A stretch of 64,000 nt of DNA, from the NCBI GenBank assembly GCA_964016885.1, contig OZ024765.1:13516001-13580000 (forward strand). Reading direction: 5' to 3'. The stretch comes from Eledone cirrhosa (lineage: Eukaryota). The position numbers and the translations under genes were made by a program. Below the pieces are notes generated by a model. It worked only from the letters and a program-made list of their open reading frames with translations. It was not told where the DNA came from and searched no databases. Positions 48,790-63,700 of the stretch are shown piece by piece; the first letter of the stretch is position 1, and each line of letters begins with the position of its first letter.

Positions 48790-51700
48790 CTCCTGCTCGA
48801 GTTAGATGAGAACTATTGACCTTCAAGAGAAGCAGCGACCCCTGATTGTGTTCTGCAACTGAAACAAATATGAAGTACACCAAATCCAATGCTTCTAGGG
48901 GTGGCCTTGGTTCTTCTTATTTGTGAGTGTAAACTTGGCCAGATGAGATTACTCCCACTGTTGACCACAAAAGTTATTTAGTGTTAATAATACATACCTG
49001 GTGTAGTAACAGGTGGAGTACTTGTAGAGATAACTGAAAAAGAGAGACATGTTAGTTATATTATTAATTACTTCAGCTATAGTTAAGTAAAAAACGGGCA
49101 GTTTACTTGTATTGTAAACAGTATTTGCTGTTCTTCAGCGTAAAACAGACAGGTTAGTATATTATAAACAGTTTTGTTGGTGATTATGAGAACATTGTCA
49201 GTTTTTTTAATTATAAACAGTTTTTGTGTAATTAAGTATGAAACAAGCAGTTTATTTGTATTGCAAACTGTTTTTGTTGCAGTTAAGTGATCATTATGGC
49301 TGTTTTCTGTGTGATTAAGTGTAAAACAAGCATTTTATTTCTATTGTAAACTGTTTTTGTTGCAGTTAAGTAAAAAAGCAAGCAGTTTATGTTGTAAACT
49401 GTTTTCTTGCAATTAAGTAAATAAACAAGCAGCTTATTTGTATTTTATGCTGTTTTGGGGTCTAAAGACTGTCTCATTCTCAGAGGCTGATCAGGTTTGT
49501 GCTTCTACGAGTTTGTGTGGTGTTAAGCAACTGAGAGTACAAGACTTCTCCATGGACACAATGCCAGTCCATTGCAGAGTTAAAATCTCTCAAGCCCAGA
49601 AACACATTAGACCAGTGTTTATTCAAGTATCCTTGGCACTTTATATTCTTATTATGACATAACACAGTAAAGTTATTTAGTGTTAATAGTACATACCTGA
49701 TGTAGTAATGGGTGTAGTAATTGTAGAGATAACTGTAAAGAGAGACAAGCTAGAGTTAAGTAAAAAAGCTATGCAGTTTTTGTATTGTAAACTGTTTTTG
49801 TTGCAGTTAAGTGAAAAAACAAGCAGTTATTTATTTTGTAAACTGTTTTTCTTGCAGCTAAGTAAAAAAACAAGCAGTTTATTTGTATTTTATACTGTTT
49901 TGGGGGTCTAAAATCTGTCTCAACCTCAGAGGCTCATCAGGTTTGTGCTTCTATGAGTTTGTGTGGTGTTAAGCAACTGAGAGTACAAGATTCCCCCATG
50001 GACAGAATGCCAGTCCATTGCAGGGTTAAACCCCCAGCTATTGCTGGTACTCATTTTCAGCTGAATATACTGGAGTAATGTGAAATGAAGTATTTAAATC
50101 TAAAACAACACACAACCATCTCTGAACCTAGAATACAGGAGTGACCGAGTGGAAGATAGCCAGTGATGTAAGCCTATTCCAGTCACAGGAAGGAACCATA
50201 GAAGTGGTCGATAGCTTCTGCTATCTATGAAATGTAATTAGCAGTAGAGCCGAGAGTTTAATAGCAAGAATAAGGATAGGTTGGAATAATTTGAAAGAAT
50301 TACTTTGTGAAGGCACATGGCTTAGTGGTTAGAGTAATGGGCTTGCAATCAAAAGGTTGTGAGTTTATATCTCGGACTGGGTGATGTGTTGTGTCCTTGA
50401 GCAAGACACTTTATATCACATTACTCCAGTTTACTCAGCTGTAGAAATGAGTTGCCATCCTGCCAAATAAATGGGTGGCAGTAGTTCCAGCTGCACACAT
50501 AGAAAGACTGGTGTAGTGGTTCTGAGAACAATGTGGCTTTGCAGATGATTAATGCAAATTGACAATGGAAAGGCACTGCTGCTCGAGTTAGAAGAGAACT
50601 ATTGACCTTCAAGAGAAGCAGCGACTCCTGATTGTGTTCAGCAACTGAAACAAATATGAAGTACACCAAATTCAATGATCCTAGGGGTGGCCCTGGTTCT
50701 TTTTATTTGTGAGTGTAAACTCAGCCAGATTAAATTACTCCCACTGTTTACCACAAAAGTTATTTAGTGTTAATAATACATACTTGGTGTAGTAACGGGT
50801 GGCGTACTTGTAGAGATAACTGTAAAAGAAAAACATGTTAGTTATATTATTAACTACTTCAGTTATAGTTATGGGCAGTTTACTTGTATTGTAAACAGTT
50901 TTTGCTGTTCTTCAGTGTAAAACAAACAGTTTAGTATATTATAAACAGTTTTGTTGGTGATTAAGAGAACATTATGTCAGTTTTTTTAATTATAAACAGT
51001 TTTTTGTGTAATTAAATATGAAACAAGCAGTTTATTTGTATTGTAAACTCTTTTTGTGGTCTAAAGTATGTCACAATCTTTATGAGTTTGTGTAGTGTTA
51101 AGCAACTGAGAGTACAAGACTTCTCCTTGGACAGAATTCCAGTTCATTGCAGAGTTAAAATCTCTAAAAGCCCAGAAACACATTAGGCCAGTGTTTATTC
51201 AAGTTTCCTTGGCACTTTATATTATTATTATGACATAACACAGTAAAGATATTTAGTGTTAATAGTACTCACCTGATGTAGTAATGAGTGGCGTTATTGT
51301 AGAGATACCTGTAAAGAGAGACAAGTTAGAGATAAGTAAAAAAAACAAGCAGTTTATTTATCTTGTAAACTGTTTTTATCGCAGTTAAGTAAAAAACAAG
51401 CAGCTTATTTGTATTTTAAACTGTTTTTGTGGTCTAAAGTCTGTCACAATCTGAGAGGCTGATCGGGTTTGTGCATTTATGAGTTTGTGTGGTGTTAAGC
51501 AACTGAGAGTACAAGACTTCTCCATGGTCAGAATGCCAGTCCATTGCAGAGTTAAAATCTCCCAAGCCCAGAAACTAAAATAGGCAGTTTTTTCTATTGT
51601 AAACTGTTTTTGCTGCATTTAAGTAAAAGAGAGACAGGTTAGTTATATTATTAATTATTTCAGTTATAGTTAAGTAAAAAACAGGCAGTTTAGAATATTA

Positions 51701-54700
51701 TAAACAGTTTCGTTGGAGATTAAGAGAACATTATGGCTGTTTGTTTTAGCATAAACAGTTTTTTCTATAATTAAGTGTAAAACAAGCAGTTTCTTTGTAT
51801 TGTAAACTGTTTTTGTTGCAGTTAAGTAATAAACACGCAGTAAATTTATGTTGTAAACTGTTTATCTTGCAGTTAAGTAAAATAAACAAGCAGTTTATTT
51901 GTATTTTCTGCTGTTTTTGATTTTTAAAGTCTGTCTCAATCTAAGAGGCTGATCAAGTTTGTGCTTTTATGAGTTTGTGTGGTGTTAAGCAACTGAGAGT
52001 ACAAGAATGCTCCATGTTCAGAATGCCAGTCCATTGCAGAGTTAAAATCTCTCAAGCCCAGAAACACATTAGGCCAGTGTTTATTCAAGTTTACTTGGCA
52101 CTTTATATTCTTATTATGACATAACACAGTAAAGTTATTTAGTGTTAATAGTACATACCTGATGTAGTAATGGGTGTACTAATTGTAGAGATACCTGTAA
52201 AGAGAGACAAGCTGAGTTCACTAAAAACAATGGCAGGTTTTTGTATTGTAAACTGTTTTTGTTACAATTAAGTAAAAAAACAAGCAATTTATTTGTATTT
52301 TATACTGTTTTCGTGGTCTAAAATCTGTCTCAACCTTAGAGGCTCATCAGGTTTGTGCTTCTATGAGTTTGCATGGTGTTAAGCAACTGAGAGTACAAGA
52401 CTCCCCCATGGACAGTATGCCAGTCCATTGCAGGGTTAAACCTCCTACCTATTGCTGGTACTCATTTTCAGCTGAATATACTGGAATGATATGAAATGAA
52501 GTATATTGCTCTAAAACACAACACATAACCATCTCTGAACCCAGCATACAGGAGTGACCGAGGCGTAGATAGCCCTTGATGTAAGCCTATTCCAGTCAGA
52601 GGAAGGAACCATAGAAGGGGTTGATAGCTTCTGCTACCTATGAAATGTAATTAGCAGTAGAGCCGAGAGTTTAATAGCTAGAATAAGGATAGGTTGGAAT
52701 AATTTGAGAGAGTTACTTTGTGAAGGCGCATGGCTTAGTGGTTAGAGTATTGGGCTTGCAATCAAAAGGTTGTGAGTTTATATATCGGACTGGGTGATGT
52801 GTTGTGTCCTTGAGCAAGACACTTTATATCACGTTGCTCCAGTTTACTCAGCTGTAGAAATCAATTGCCATCCTGCCAAATAAATGGGTGGCAGTAGTTC
52901 CAGCTGCACACATAGAAAGACTGGTGTAGTGATTCTGAGAACAATGTGGCTTTTCAGATGATTTATGTAAATTGACAATGGAAAGGAGCTCCTGCTCGAG
53001 TTAGAAGAGAACTAGTGACCTCCAGGAGAAGCAGCGATCCCTAATTGTATTCAGCAACCACTACAAGTATGAAGTACACCAAATCGAATGTTCCTAGGGG
53101 AGGCCCTGGTTCTTCTTATTTGTGAGTGTAAACTTGGCCAGATTAGATTACTCCCACTGTTGACCACAAAAGTTATTTAGTGTTAATAATACATACCTGA
53201 TGTAGTAACGGGTGGAGTACTTGTAGAGATAACTGTAAAAGAGAGACAGGTTAGTTATATTATTAATTATTTCAGTTATAGTTGAGTAAAAAACAGGCAG
53301 TTTAGAATATTATAAACAGTTTCGTTGGTGATTTAGCATAAACAGTTTTTTCTATAATTAAGTGTAAAACAAGCAGTTTCTTTGTATTGTAAACTGTTTT
53401 TGTTGCAGTTAAGTAATAAACACGCAGTAAATTTATGTTGTAAACTGTTTATCTTACAGTTAAGTAAAATAAACAAGCAGTTTATTTCTATTTTATACTG
53501 TTTTTGATGTTTAAAGTCTGTCTCAATCTCAGAGGCTGATCAAGTTTGTGCTTTTATGAGTTTGTGTGGTGTTAAGCAACTGAGAGAACAAGACTTCTCC
53601 ATGGACAGAATGCCAGTCCATTGCAGGGTTAAAATCTCTCAAGCCCAGAAACACATTAGGCCAGTGTTTATTCAAGTTTACTTGGCACTTTATATTCTTA
53701 TTATGACATAACACAGTAAAGTTATTTAGTGTTAATAGTACTTACCTGATGTAGTAATGGGTGTACTAATTGTAGAGATACCTGTAAAGAGAGACAAGCT
53801 GAGTTCAGTAAAAAAAATGGCAGGGTTTTGTATGGTAAACTGTTTTTGTTACAATTAAGTAAAAAAACAAGCAATTTATTTGTATTTTATACTGTTTTTG
53901 TGGTCTAAAATCTGTCTCAACCTTAGAGGCTCATCAGGTTTGTGCTTCTATGAGTTTCCATGGTGTTAAGCAACTGAGAGTACAAGACTCCCCCATGGAC
54001 AGTATGCCAGTCCATTGCAGGGTTAAACCTCCTACCTATTGCTGGTACTCATTTTCAGCTGAATATACTGGAATGATATGAAATGAAGTATATTGCTCTA
54101 AAACACAACACATAACCATCTCTGGACCCAGCATACAGGAGTGACTGAGGCGTAGATAGCCCTTGATGTAAGCCTATTCCAGTCAGAGGAAGGAACCATA
54201 GAAGGGGTTGATAGCTTCTGCTATCTATGAAATGTCATTAGCAGTAGAGCCGAGAGTTTAATAGCTAGAATAAGGATAGGTTGGAATAATTTGAGAGAGT
54301 TACTTTGTGAAGGCGCATGGCTTAGTGGTTAGAGTATTGGGCTTGCAATCAAAAGGTTGTGAGTTTATATATCGGACTGGGTGATGTGTTGTGTCCTTGA
54401 GCAAGACACTTTATATCACATTGCTCCAGTTTACTCAGCTGTAGAAATCAATTGCCATCCTGCCAAATAAATGGGTGGCAGTAGTTCCAGCTGCACACAT
54501 AGAAAGACTGGTATAGTGATTCTGAAAACAATGTGGCTTTTCAGATGATTTATGTAAATTGACAACGGAAAGGAGCTCCTGCTCGAGTTAGAAGAGAACT
54601 AGTGACCTCTAGGAGAAGCAGCGATCCCTAATTGTATTCAGCAACCACTACAAGTATGAAGTACACCAAATCGAATGTTCCTAGGGGAGGCCCTGGTTCT

Positions 54701-57700
54701 TCTTATTTGTGAGTGTAACTTGGCCAGATTAGATTACTCCCACTGTTGACCACAAAAGTTATTTAGTGTTAATAATACATACCTGATGTAGTAACGGGTG
54801 GAGTACTTGTAGAGATAACTGTAAAAGAGAGACAGGTTAGTTATATTATTAATTATTTCAGTTATAGTTGAGTAAAAAACAGGCAGTTTAGAATATTATA
54901 AACAGTTTCGTTGGTGATTAAGAGAACATTATGGCTGTTTGTTTTAGCATAAACAGTTTTTTCTATAATTAAGTGTAAAACAAGCAGTTTCTTTGTATTG
55001 TAAACTGTTTTTGTTGCAGTTAAGTAATAAACACGCAGTAAATTTATGTTGTAAACTGTTTATCTTGCAGTTAAGTAAAATAAACAAGCAGTTTATTTCT
55101 ATTTTATACTGTTTTTGATGTTTAAAGTCTGTCTCAATCTCAGAGGCTGATCAAGTTTGTGCTTTTATGAGTTTGTTTTGTGTTAAGCAACTGAGAGAAC
55201 TAGACTTCTCCATGGACAGAATGCCAGTCCATTGCAGAGTTAAAATCTCTCAAGCCCAGAAACACGTTAGGCCAGTGTTTATTCAAGTTTACTTGGCACT
55301 TTATATTCTTATTATGACATAACACGGTAAAGTTATTTAGTGTTAATAGTACATACCTGATGTAGTAATGGGTGTACTAATTGTAGAGATACCTGTAAAG
55401 AGAGACAAGCTGAGTTCAGTAAAAAAAATGGCAGGGTTTTGTATTGTAAACTGTTTTTGTTACAATTAAGTAAAAAAACAAGCAGTTTATTTGTATTTTA
55501 TACTGTTTTTGTGGTCTAAAATCTGTCTCAACCTTAGAGGCTCATCAGGTTTGTGCTTCTATGAGTTTCCATGGTGTTAAGCAACTGAGAGTACAAGACT
55601 CCCCCTTGGACAGTATGCCAGTCCATTGCAGGGTTAAACCTCCTACCTATTGCTGGTACTCATTTTCAGCTGAATATACTGGAATGATATGAAATGAAGT
55701 ATATTGCTCTAAAACACAACACATAACCATCTCTGAACCTAGCATACAGGAGTGACCGAGGCGTAGATAGCCCTTGATGTAAGCCTATTCCAGTCAGAGG
55801 AAGGAACCATAGAAGGGGTTGATAGCTTCTGCTATCTATGAAATGTCATTAGCAGTAGAGCCGAGAGTTTAATAGCTAGAATAAGGATAGGTTGGAATAA
55901 TTTGAGAGAGTTACTTTGTGAAGGCGCATGGCTTAGTGGTTAGAGTATTGGGCTTGCAATCAAAAGGTTGTGAGTTTATATATCGGACTGGGTGATGTGT
56001 TGTGTCCTTGAGCAAGACACTTTATATCACGTTGCTCCAGTTTACTCAGCTGTAGAAATCAATTGCCATCCTGCCAAATAAATGGGTGGCAGTAGTTCTA
56101 GCTGCACACATAGAAAGACTGGTGTAGTGATTCTGAAAACAATGTGGCTTTTCAGATGATTTATGTAAATTGACAATGGAAAGGAGCTCCTGCTCGAGTT
56201 AGAAGAGAACTAGTGAACTCCAGGAGAAGCAGCGATCCCTAATTGTATTCAGCAACCACTACAAGTATGAAGTACACCAAATCGAATGTTCCTAGGGGAG
56301 GCCCTGGTTCTTCTTATTTGTGAGTGTAACTTGGCCAGATTAGATTACTCCCACTGTTGACCACAAAAGTTATTTAGTGTTAATAATACATACCTGATGT
56401 AGTAACGGGTGGAGTACTTGTAGAGATAACTGTAAAAGAGAGACAGGTTAGTTATATTATTAATTATTTCAGTTATAGTTGAGTAAAAAACAGGCAGTTT
56501 AGAATATTATAAACAGTTTCGTTGGTGATTAAGACAACATTATGGCTGTTTGTTTTAGCATAAACAGTTTTTTCTATAATTAAGTGTAAAACAAGCAGTT
56601 TCTTTGTATTGTAAACCGTTTTTGTTGCAGTTAAGTAATAAACACGCAGTAAATTTATGTTGTAAACTGTTTATCTTGCAGTTAAGTAAAATAAACAAGC
56701 AGTTTATTTGTATTTTCTACTGTTTTTGATTTTTAAAGTCTGTCTCAATCTAAGAGGCTGATCAAGTTTGTGCTTTTATGAGTTTGTGTGGTGTTAAGCA
56801 ACTGAGAGTACAAGAATTCTCCATGTTCAGAATGCCAGTCCATTGCAGAGTTAAAATCTCTCAAGCCTAGAAACACATTAGGCCAGTGTTTATTCAAGTT
56901 TCCTTGGCACTTTATATTCTTATTATGACATAACACAGTAAAGTTATTTAGTGTTAATAGTACATACCTGATGTAGTAATGGGTGTACTAATTGTAGAGG
57001 TACCTGTAAAGAGAGACAAGTTGAGTTCAGTAAAAAAAATGGCAGGTTTTTGTATTGTAAACTGTTTTTGTTACAATTAAGTAAAAAAACAAGCAGTTTA
57101 TTTGTATTTTATACTGTTTTTGTGGTCTAAAATCTGTCTCAACCTTAGAGGCTCATCAGGTTTGTGCTTCTATGATTTGCATGGTGTTAAGCAACTGAGA
57201 GTACAAGACTCCCCCATGGACAGCATGCCAGTCCATTGCAGGGTTAAACCTCCTACCTATTGCTGGTACTCATTTTCAGCTGAATATACTGGAGTGATAT
57301 GAAATGAAGTATATTACTCTAAAACACAACACACAACCATCTCTGAACCCAGCATACAGGAGTGACTGAGGCGTAGATAGCCCTTGATGTAAGCCTATTC
57401 CAGTCAGAGGAAGGAACCACAGAAGGGGTTGATAGCTTCTGCTATCTATGAAATGTAATTAGCAGTAGAGCTGAGAGTTTAATAGCTAGAATAAGGATAG
57501 GTTGGAATAATTTGAGAGAGTTACTTTGTGAAGGCGCATGGCTTAGTGGTTAGAGTATTGGGCTTGCAATCAAAAGGTTGTGAGTTTATATATCGGACTG
57601 GGTGATGTGTTGTGTCCTTGAGCAAGACACTTTATATCACGTTGCTCCAGTTTACTCAGCTGTAGAAATCAATTGCCATCCTGCCAAATAAATGGGTGGC

Positions 57701-60700
57701 AGTAGTTCCAGCTGCACACATAGAAAGACTGGTGTAGTTATTCTGAGAACAATGTGGCTTTTCAGATGATTTATGTAAATTGACAATGGAAAGGAGCTCC
57801 TGCTCGAGTTAGAAGAGAACTAGTGACCTCCAGGAGAAGCAGCGATCCCTAATTGTATTCAGCAACCACAACAAGTATGAAGTACACCAAATCGAATGTT
57901 CCTAGGGGAGGCCCTGGTTCTTCTTATTTGTGAGTGTAACTTGGCCAGATTAGATTACTCCCACTGTTGACCACAAAAGTTATTTAGTGTTAATAATACA
58001 TACCTGATGTAGTAACGGGTGGAGTACTTGTAGAGATAACTGTAAAAGAGAGACAGGTTAGTTATATTATTAATTATTTCAGTTATAGTGAAGTAAAAAA
58101 CAGGCAGTTTAGTATATTATAAACAGTGTTGTAGGTGATTAAGAGAACATTATGGCAGTTTGTTTTAGCATAAACAGTTTTTTCTATAATTAAGTGTAAA
58201 ACAAGCAGTTTCTTTGTATTGTAAACTGTTTTTGTTGCAGTTAAGTTAAAAAACAAGCAGTTTATTCATGTTGTAAAGTGCGTTTCTCGCAGCTAAGTAA
58301 AAAACAAGCAGTTCATTTATCCTGTAAACTGTTTTTCCTGCAGTTAAGTAAAAAACAAGCAGCTTAATTGTATTTTAAACTGTTTTTGTGGTCTAAAGTC
58401 TGTCACAATTTCAGAGGCGCATCATGTTTATGCTTTTATGAGTTTGTGTGGTGTTAAGCAACTGAGAGTACAAGACTTCTCCATGGTCAGAATGCCAGTC
58501 CATTGCAGAGTTAAAATCTCTCAAGCCCAGAAACACATTAGGCCAGTGATAATTTAAGTTTCCTTGCCACTTTATATTCTTATTATGACATAACACAGTA
58601 AAGTTATTTAGTGTTAATAGTACTTACCTGATGTAGTAATGGATGGAGTAATTGTAGAGATAACTGTTAAGAGAGACAAGCTAGAGTTAAGTAAAGAAAA
58701 TAGGCAGTTTTTGTATTGTAAATTGATTTTGTTGCCGTTAAGTAAAAAAACAAGCAGTTTATTTATGTTGCAAACTGTTTTTCTTGCAGTTAAGTAAAAA
58801 ACAAGCAGCTTAGTTGTATTTTAAATTGACAATGGAAAGGAGCTCCTGCTCGAGTAAGAAGAGAACTAGTGACCTCCAGGAGAAGCAGCGACCCCTGATT
58901 GTATTCAGCAACCGAAACAGATATGAAGTACACCAAATCCAATGCTCCAAGGGGTGGCCCTGGTTCTTCTTATTTGTGAGTGTAAACTCGGACAGATTAG
59001 ATTACTCCCACTGTTGACCACAAAAGTTATTTAGTGTTAATAATACATACCTGGTGTAGTAACGGGTGGAGTACTTGTAGAGATAACTGTAAAAGAGAGA
59101 CAGGTTAGTTATATTATTAATTATTTCAGTTATAGTGAAGTAAAAAACAGGCAGTTTACTTGTATTGTAAACAGTATTCGCTGTTCTTCAGCGTAAAACA
59201 GGCAGTTTAGTATATTATAAGTTTTTTGGTGATTAAGAGAACATTGTGGCAGTTTATTTTTCATAAACAGTTTTTTGTGTAATTAAGTGTAAAATGAGCA
59301 CTTTATTTGTATTGTAAACTGTTTTTATTGTAGTTAAGTAAGAAAAAAAGAAGCAGTTTATTTATGTTGTAAAGTGCTTTTCTTGAAGTTAAGTAAAAAA
59401 AACAAGCAACTTATTTGTATTTTATACTGTTTTTGTGGTCTAAAGTCTGCCTCAATCTCAGAGGCTGATCAGGTTTGTGCTTTTATGAGTTTGTGTGGTG
59501 TTAAGCAACTGAGAGTACAAGACTTCTCCATGGTCAGAATGCCAGTCCATTGCAGAGTTAAAATCTCTCAAGCCCAGAAACACATTAGGCCAGTGATTAT
59601 TCAAGTTTACTTGGCACTTTATATTCTTATTATGACATAACACAGTAAAGTTATTTAGTGTTAATAGTACATACCTGATGTAGTAATGGGTGTACTAATT
59701 GTAGAGATACCTGTAAAGAGAGATAAGTTGAGTTCAGTAAAAAAAATGTCAGGTTTTTGTATTGTAAACTGTTTTTGTTACAATTAAGTAAAAAAACAAG
59801 CAGTTTATTTGTATTTTATACTGTTTTCGTGGTCTAAAATCTGTCTCAACCTCAGAGGCTCATCAGGTTTGTGCGTCTATGAGTTTGTGTGGTGTTAAGC
59901 AACTGAGAGTACAAGATTCCCCCATGGACAGAATGCCAGTCCATTGCAGGGTTAAAACTCCTAGCTATTGCTGGTACTCATTTTCAGCTGAATATACTGG
60001 AATGATATGAAATGAAGTATATTGCTCTAAAACACAACACATAACCATCTCTGAACCCAGCATACAGGAGTGACTGAGGCGTAGATAGCCAGTGATGTAA
60101 GCCTATTCCAGTCACAGGAAGGACCCATAGAAGGGGTTGATAGCTTCTGCTATCTATGAAATGTAATTAGCAGTAGAGCCAAGAGTTTAATAGCTAGAAT
60201 AAGGATAGGTTGGAATAATTTGAGAGAGTTACTTTGTGAAGGCACATTGCTTAGTGGTTAGAGTATTGGGCTTGCAATCAAAAGGTTGTGAGTTTATATC
60301 TTGGACTGGGTGATGTGTTGTGTCCTTGAGCAAGACACTTTATTTCACGTTGCTCCAGTTTACTCAGCTGTAGAAATGAGTTGCGATCCTGCCAAATAAA
60401 TGTGCGGCAGTAGTTCCAGCTGCACACATAGAAAAACTGGTGTAGTGATTCTGAGAACAATGCGGCTTTGCAGATGATTTATGTAAATTGACAATGGAAA
60501 GGAGCTCCTGCTCGAGTTAGAAGAGAACTAGTGACCTCTAGGAGAAGCAGCGATCCCTAATTGTATTCAGCAAACGCAACAAGTATGAAGTACACCAAAT
60601 CGAATGTTCCTAGGGGAGGCCCTGGTTCTTCTTATTTGTGAGTGTAAACTCGGCCAGATTAGATTACTCCCACTGTTGACCACAAAAGTTATTTAGTGTT

Positions 60701-63700
60701 AATAATACATACCTGATGTAGTAACGGGTGGAGTACTTGTAGAGATAACTGTAAAAGAGAGACAGGTTAGTTATATTATTAATTATTTCAGTTATAGTTG
60801 AGTAAAAAACAGGCAGTTTAGAATATTATAAACAGTTTCGTTGGTGATTAAGAGAACATTATGGCTGTTTGTTTTAGCATAAACAGTTTTTTCTATAATT
60901 AAGTGTAAAACAAGCAGTTTCTTTGTATTGTAAACTGTTTTTGTTGCAGTTAAGTAATAAACACACAGTAAATTTATGTTGTAAACTGTTTATCTTGCAG
61001 TTAAGTAAAATAAACAAGCAGTTTATTTGTATTTTCTACTGTTTTTGATTTTTAAAGTCTGTCTCAATCTAAGAGGCTGATCAAGTTTGTGCTTTTATGA
61101 GTTTGTGTGGTGTTAAGCAACTGAGAGTACAAGAATTCTCCATGTTCAGAATGCCAGTCCATTGCAGAGTTAAAATCTCTCAAGCCTAGAAACACATTAG
61201 GCCAGTGTTTATTCAAGTTTCCTTGGCACTTTATATTCTTATTATGACATAACACAGTAAAGTTATTTAGTGTTAATAGTACATACCTGATGTAGTAATG
61301 GGTGTACTAATTGTAGAGGTACCTGTAAAGAGAGACAAGTTGAGTTCAGTAAAAAAAATGTCAGGTTTTTGTATTGTAAACTGTTTTTGTTACAATTAAG
61401 TAAAAAAACAAGCAGTTTATTTGTATTTTATACTGTTTTTGTGGTCTAAAATCTGTCTCAACCTCAGAGGCTCATCAGGTTTGTGCTTCTATGAGTTTGT
61501 GTGGTGTTAAGCAACTGAGAGTACAAGATTCCCCCATGGACAGAATGCCAGTCCATTGCAGGGTTAAAACTCCTAGCTATTGCTGGTACTCATTTTCAGC
61601 TGAATATACTGGAGTGATATGAAATGAAGTATATTGCTCTAAAACACAACACACAACCATCTCTGAACCCAGCATACAGGAGTGACTGAGGCGTAGATAG
61701 CCAGTGATGTAAGCCTATTCCAGTCACAGGAAGGACCCATAGAAGGGGTTGATAGCTTCTGCTATCTATGAAATGTAATTAGCAGTAGAGCCAAGAGTTT
61801 AATAGCTAGAATAAGGTTAGGTTGGAATAATTTGAGAGAGTTACTTTGTGAAGGCACATTGCTTAGTGGTTAGAGTATTGGGCTTGCAATCAAAAGGTTG
61901 TGAGTTTATATCTTGGACTGGGTGATGTGTTGTGTCCTTGAGCAAGACACTTTATTTCACGTTGCTTCAGTTTACTCAGCTGTAGAAATGAGTTGCGATC
62001 CTGCCAAATAAATGGGCGGCAGTAGTTCCAGCTGCACACATAGAAAAACTGGTGTAGTGATTCTGAGAACAATGCGGCTTTGCAGATGATTTATGTAAAT
62101 TGACAATGGAAAGGAGCTCCTGCTCGAGTTAGAAGAGAACTAGTGACCTCTAGGAGAAGCAGCGATCCCTAATTGTATTCAGCAACCACAACAAGTATGA
62201 AGTACACCAAATCGAATGTTCCTAGGGGAGGCCCTGGTTCTTCTTATTTGTGAGTGTAAACTCGGCCAGATTAGATTACTCCCACTGTTGACCACAAAAG
62301 TTATTTAGTGTTAATAATACATACCTGGTGTAGTAACGGGTGGAGTACTTGTAGAGATAACTGTAAAAGAGAGACAGGTTAGTTATATTATTAATTATTT
62401 CAGTTATAGTTGAGTAAAAAACAGGCAGTTTAGAATATTATAAACAGTTTCGTTGGTGATTAAGAGAACATTATGGCTGTTTGTTTTAGCATAAACAGTT
62501 TTTTCTATAATTAAGTGTAAAACAAGCAGTTTCTTTGTATTGTAAACTGTTTTTGTTGCAGTTAAGTAATAAACACACAGTAAATTTATGTTGTAAACTG
62601 TTTATCTTGCAGTTAAGTAAAATAAACAAGCAGTTTATTTGTATTTTCTACTGTTTTTGATTTTTAAAGTCTGTCTCAATCTAAGAGGCTGATCAAGTTT
62701 GTGCTTTTATGAGTTTGTGTGGTGTTAAGCAACTGAGAGTACAAGAATTCTCCATGTTCAGAATGCCAGTCCATTGCAGAGTTAAAATCTCTCAAGCCTA
62801 GAAACACATTAGGCCAGTGTTTATTCAAGTTTCCTTGGCACTTTATATTCTTATTATGACATAACACAGTAAAGTTATTTAGTGTTAATAGTACATACCT
62901 GATGTAGTAATGGGTGTACTAATTGTAGAGGTACCTGTAAAGAGAGACAAGTTGAGTTCAGTAAAAAAAATGTCAGGTTTTTGTATTGTAAACTGTTTTT
63001 GTTACAATTAAGTAAAAAAACAAGCAGTTTATTTGTATTTTATACTGTTTTTGTGGTCTAAAATCTGTCTCAACCTCAGAGGCTCATCAGGTTTGTGCTT
63101 CTATGAGTTTGTGTGGTGTTAAGCAACTGAGAGTACAAGATTCCCCCATGGACAGAATGCCAGTCCATTGCAGGGTTAAAACTCCTAGCTATTGCTGGTA
63201 CTCATTTTCAGCTGAATATACTGGAGTGATATGAAATGAAGTATATTGCTCTAAAACACAACACACAACCATCTCTGAACCCAGCATACAGGAGTGACTG
63301 AGGCGTAGATAGCCAGTGATGTAAGCCTATTCCAGTCACAGGAAGGACCCATAGAAGGGGTTGATAGCTTCTGCTATCTATGAAATGTAATTAGCAGTAG
63401 AGCCAAGAGTTTAATAGCTAGAATAAGGTTAGGTTGGAATAATTTGAGAGAGTTACTTTGTGAAGGCACATTGCTTAGTGGTTAGAGTATTGGGCTTGCA
63501 ATCAAAAGGTTGTGAGTTTATATCTTGGACTGGGTGATGTGTTGTGTCCTTGAGCAAGACACTTTATTTCACGTTGCTTCAGTTTACTCAGCTGTAGAAA
63601 TGAGTTGCGATCCTGCCAAATAAATGGGCGGCAGTAGTTCCAGCTGCACACATAGAAAAACTGGTGTAGTGATTCTGAGAACAATGCGGCTTTGCAGATG

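Noticed and set aside
49438-63684. Recurrent 60-90 aa ORFs in the 1.6-kb satellite
   Set aside because: Their starts, stops and frames vary between units, and they overlap SINE/LINE debris.
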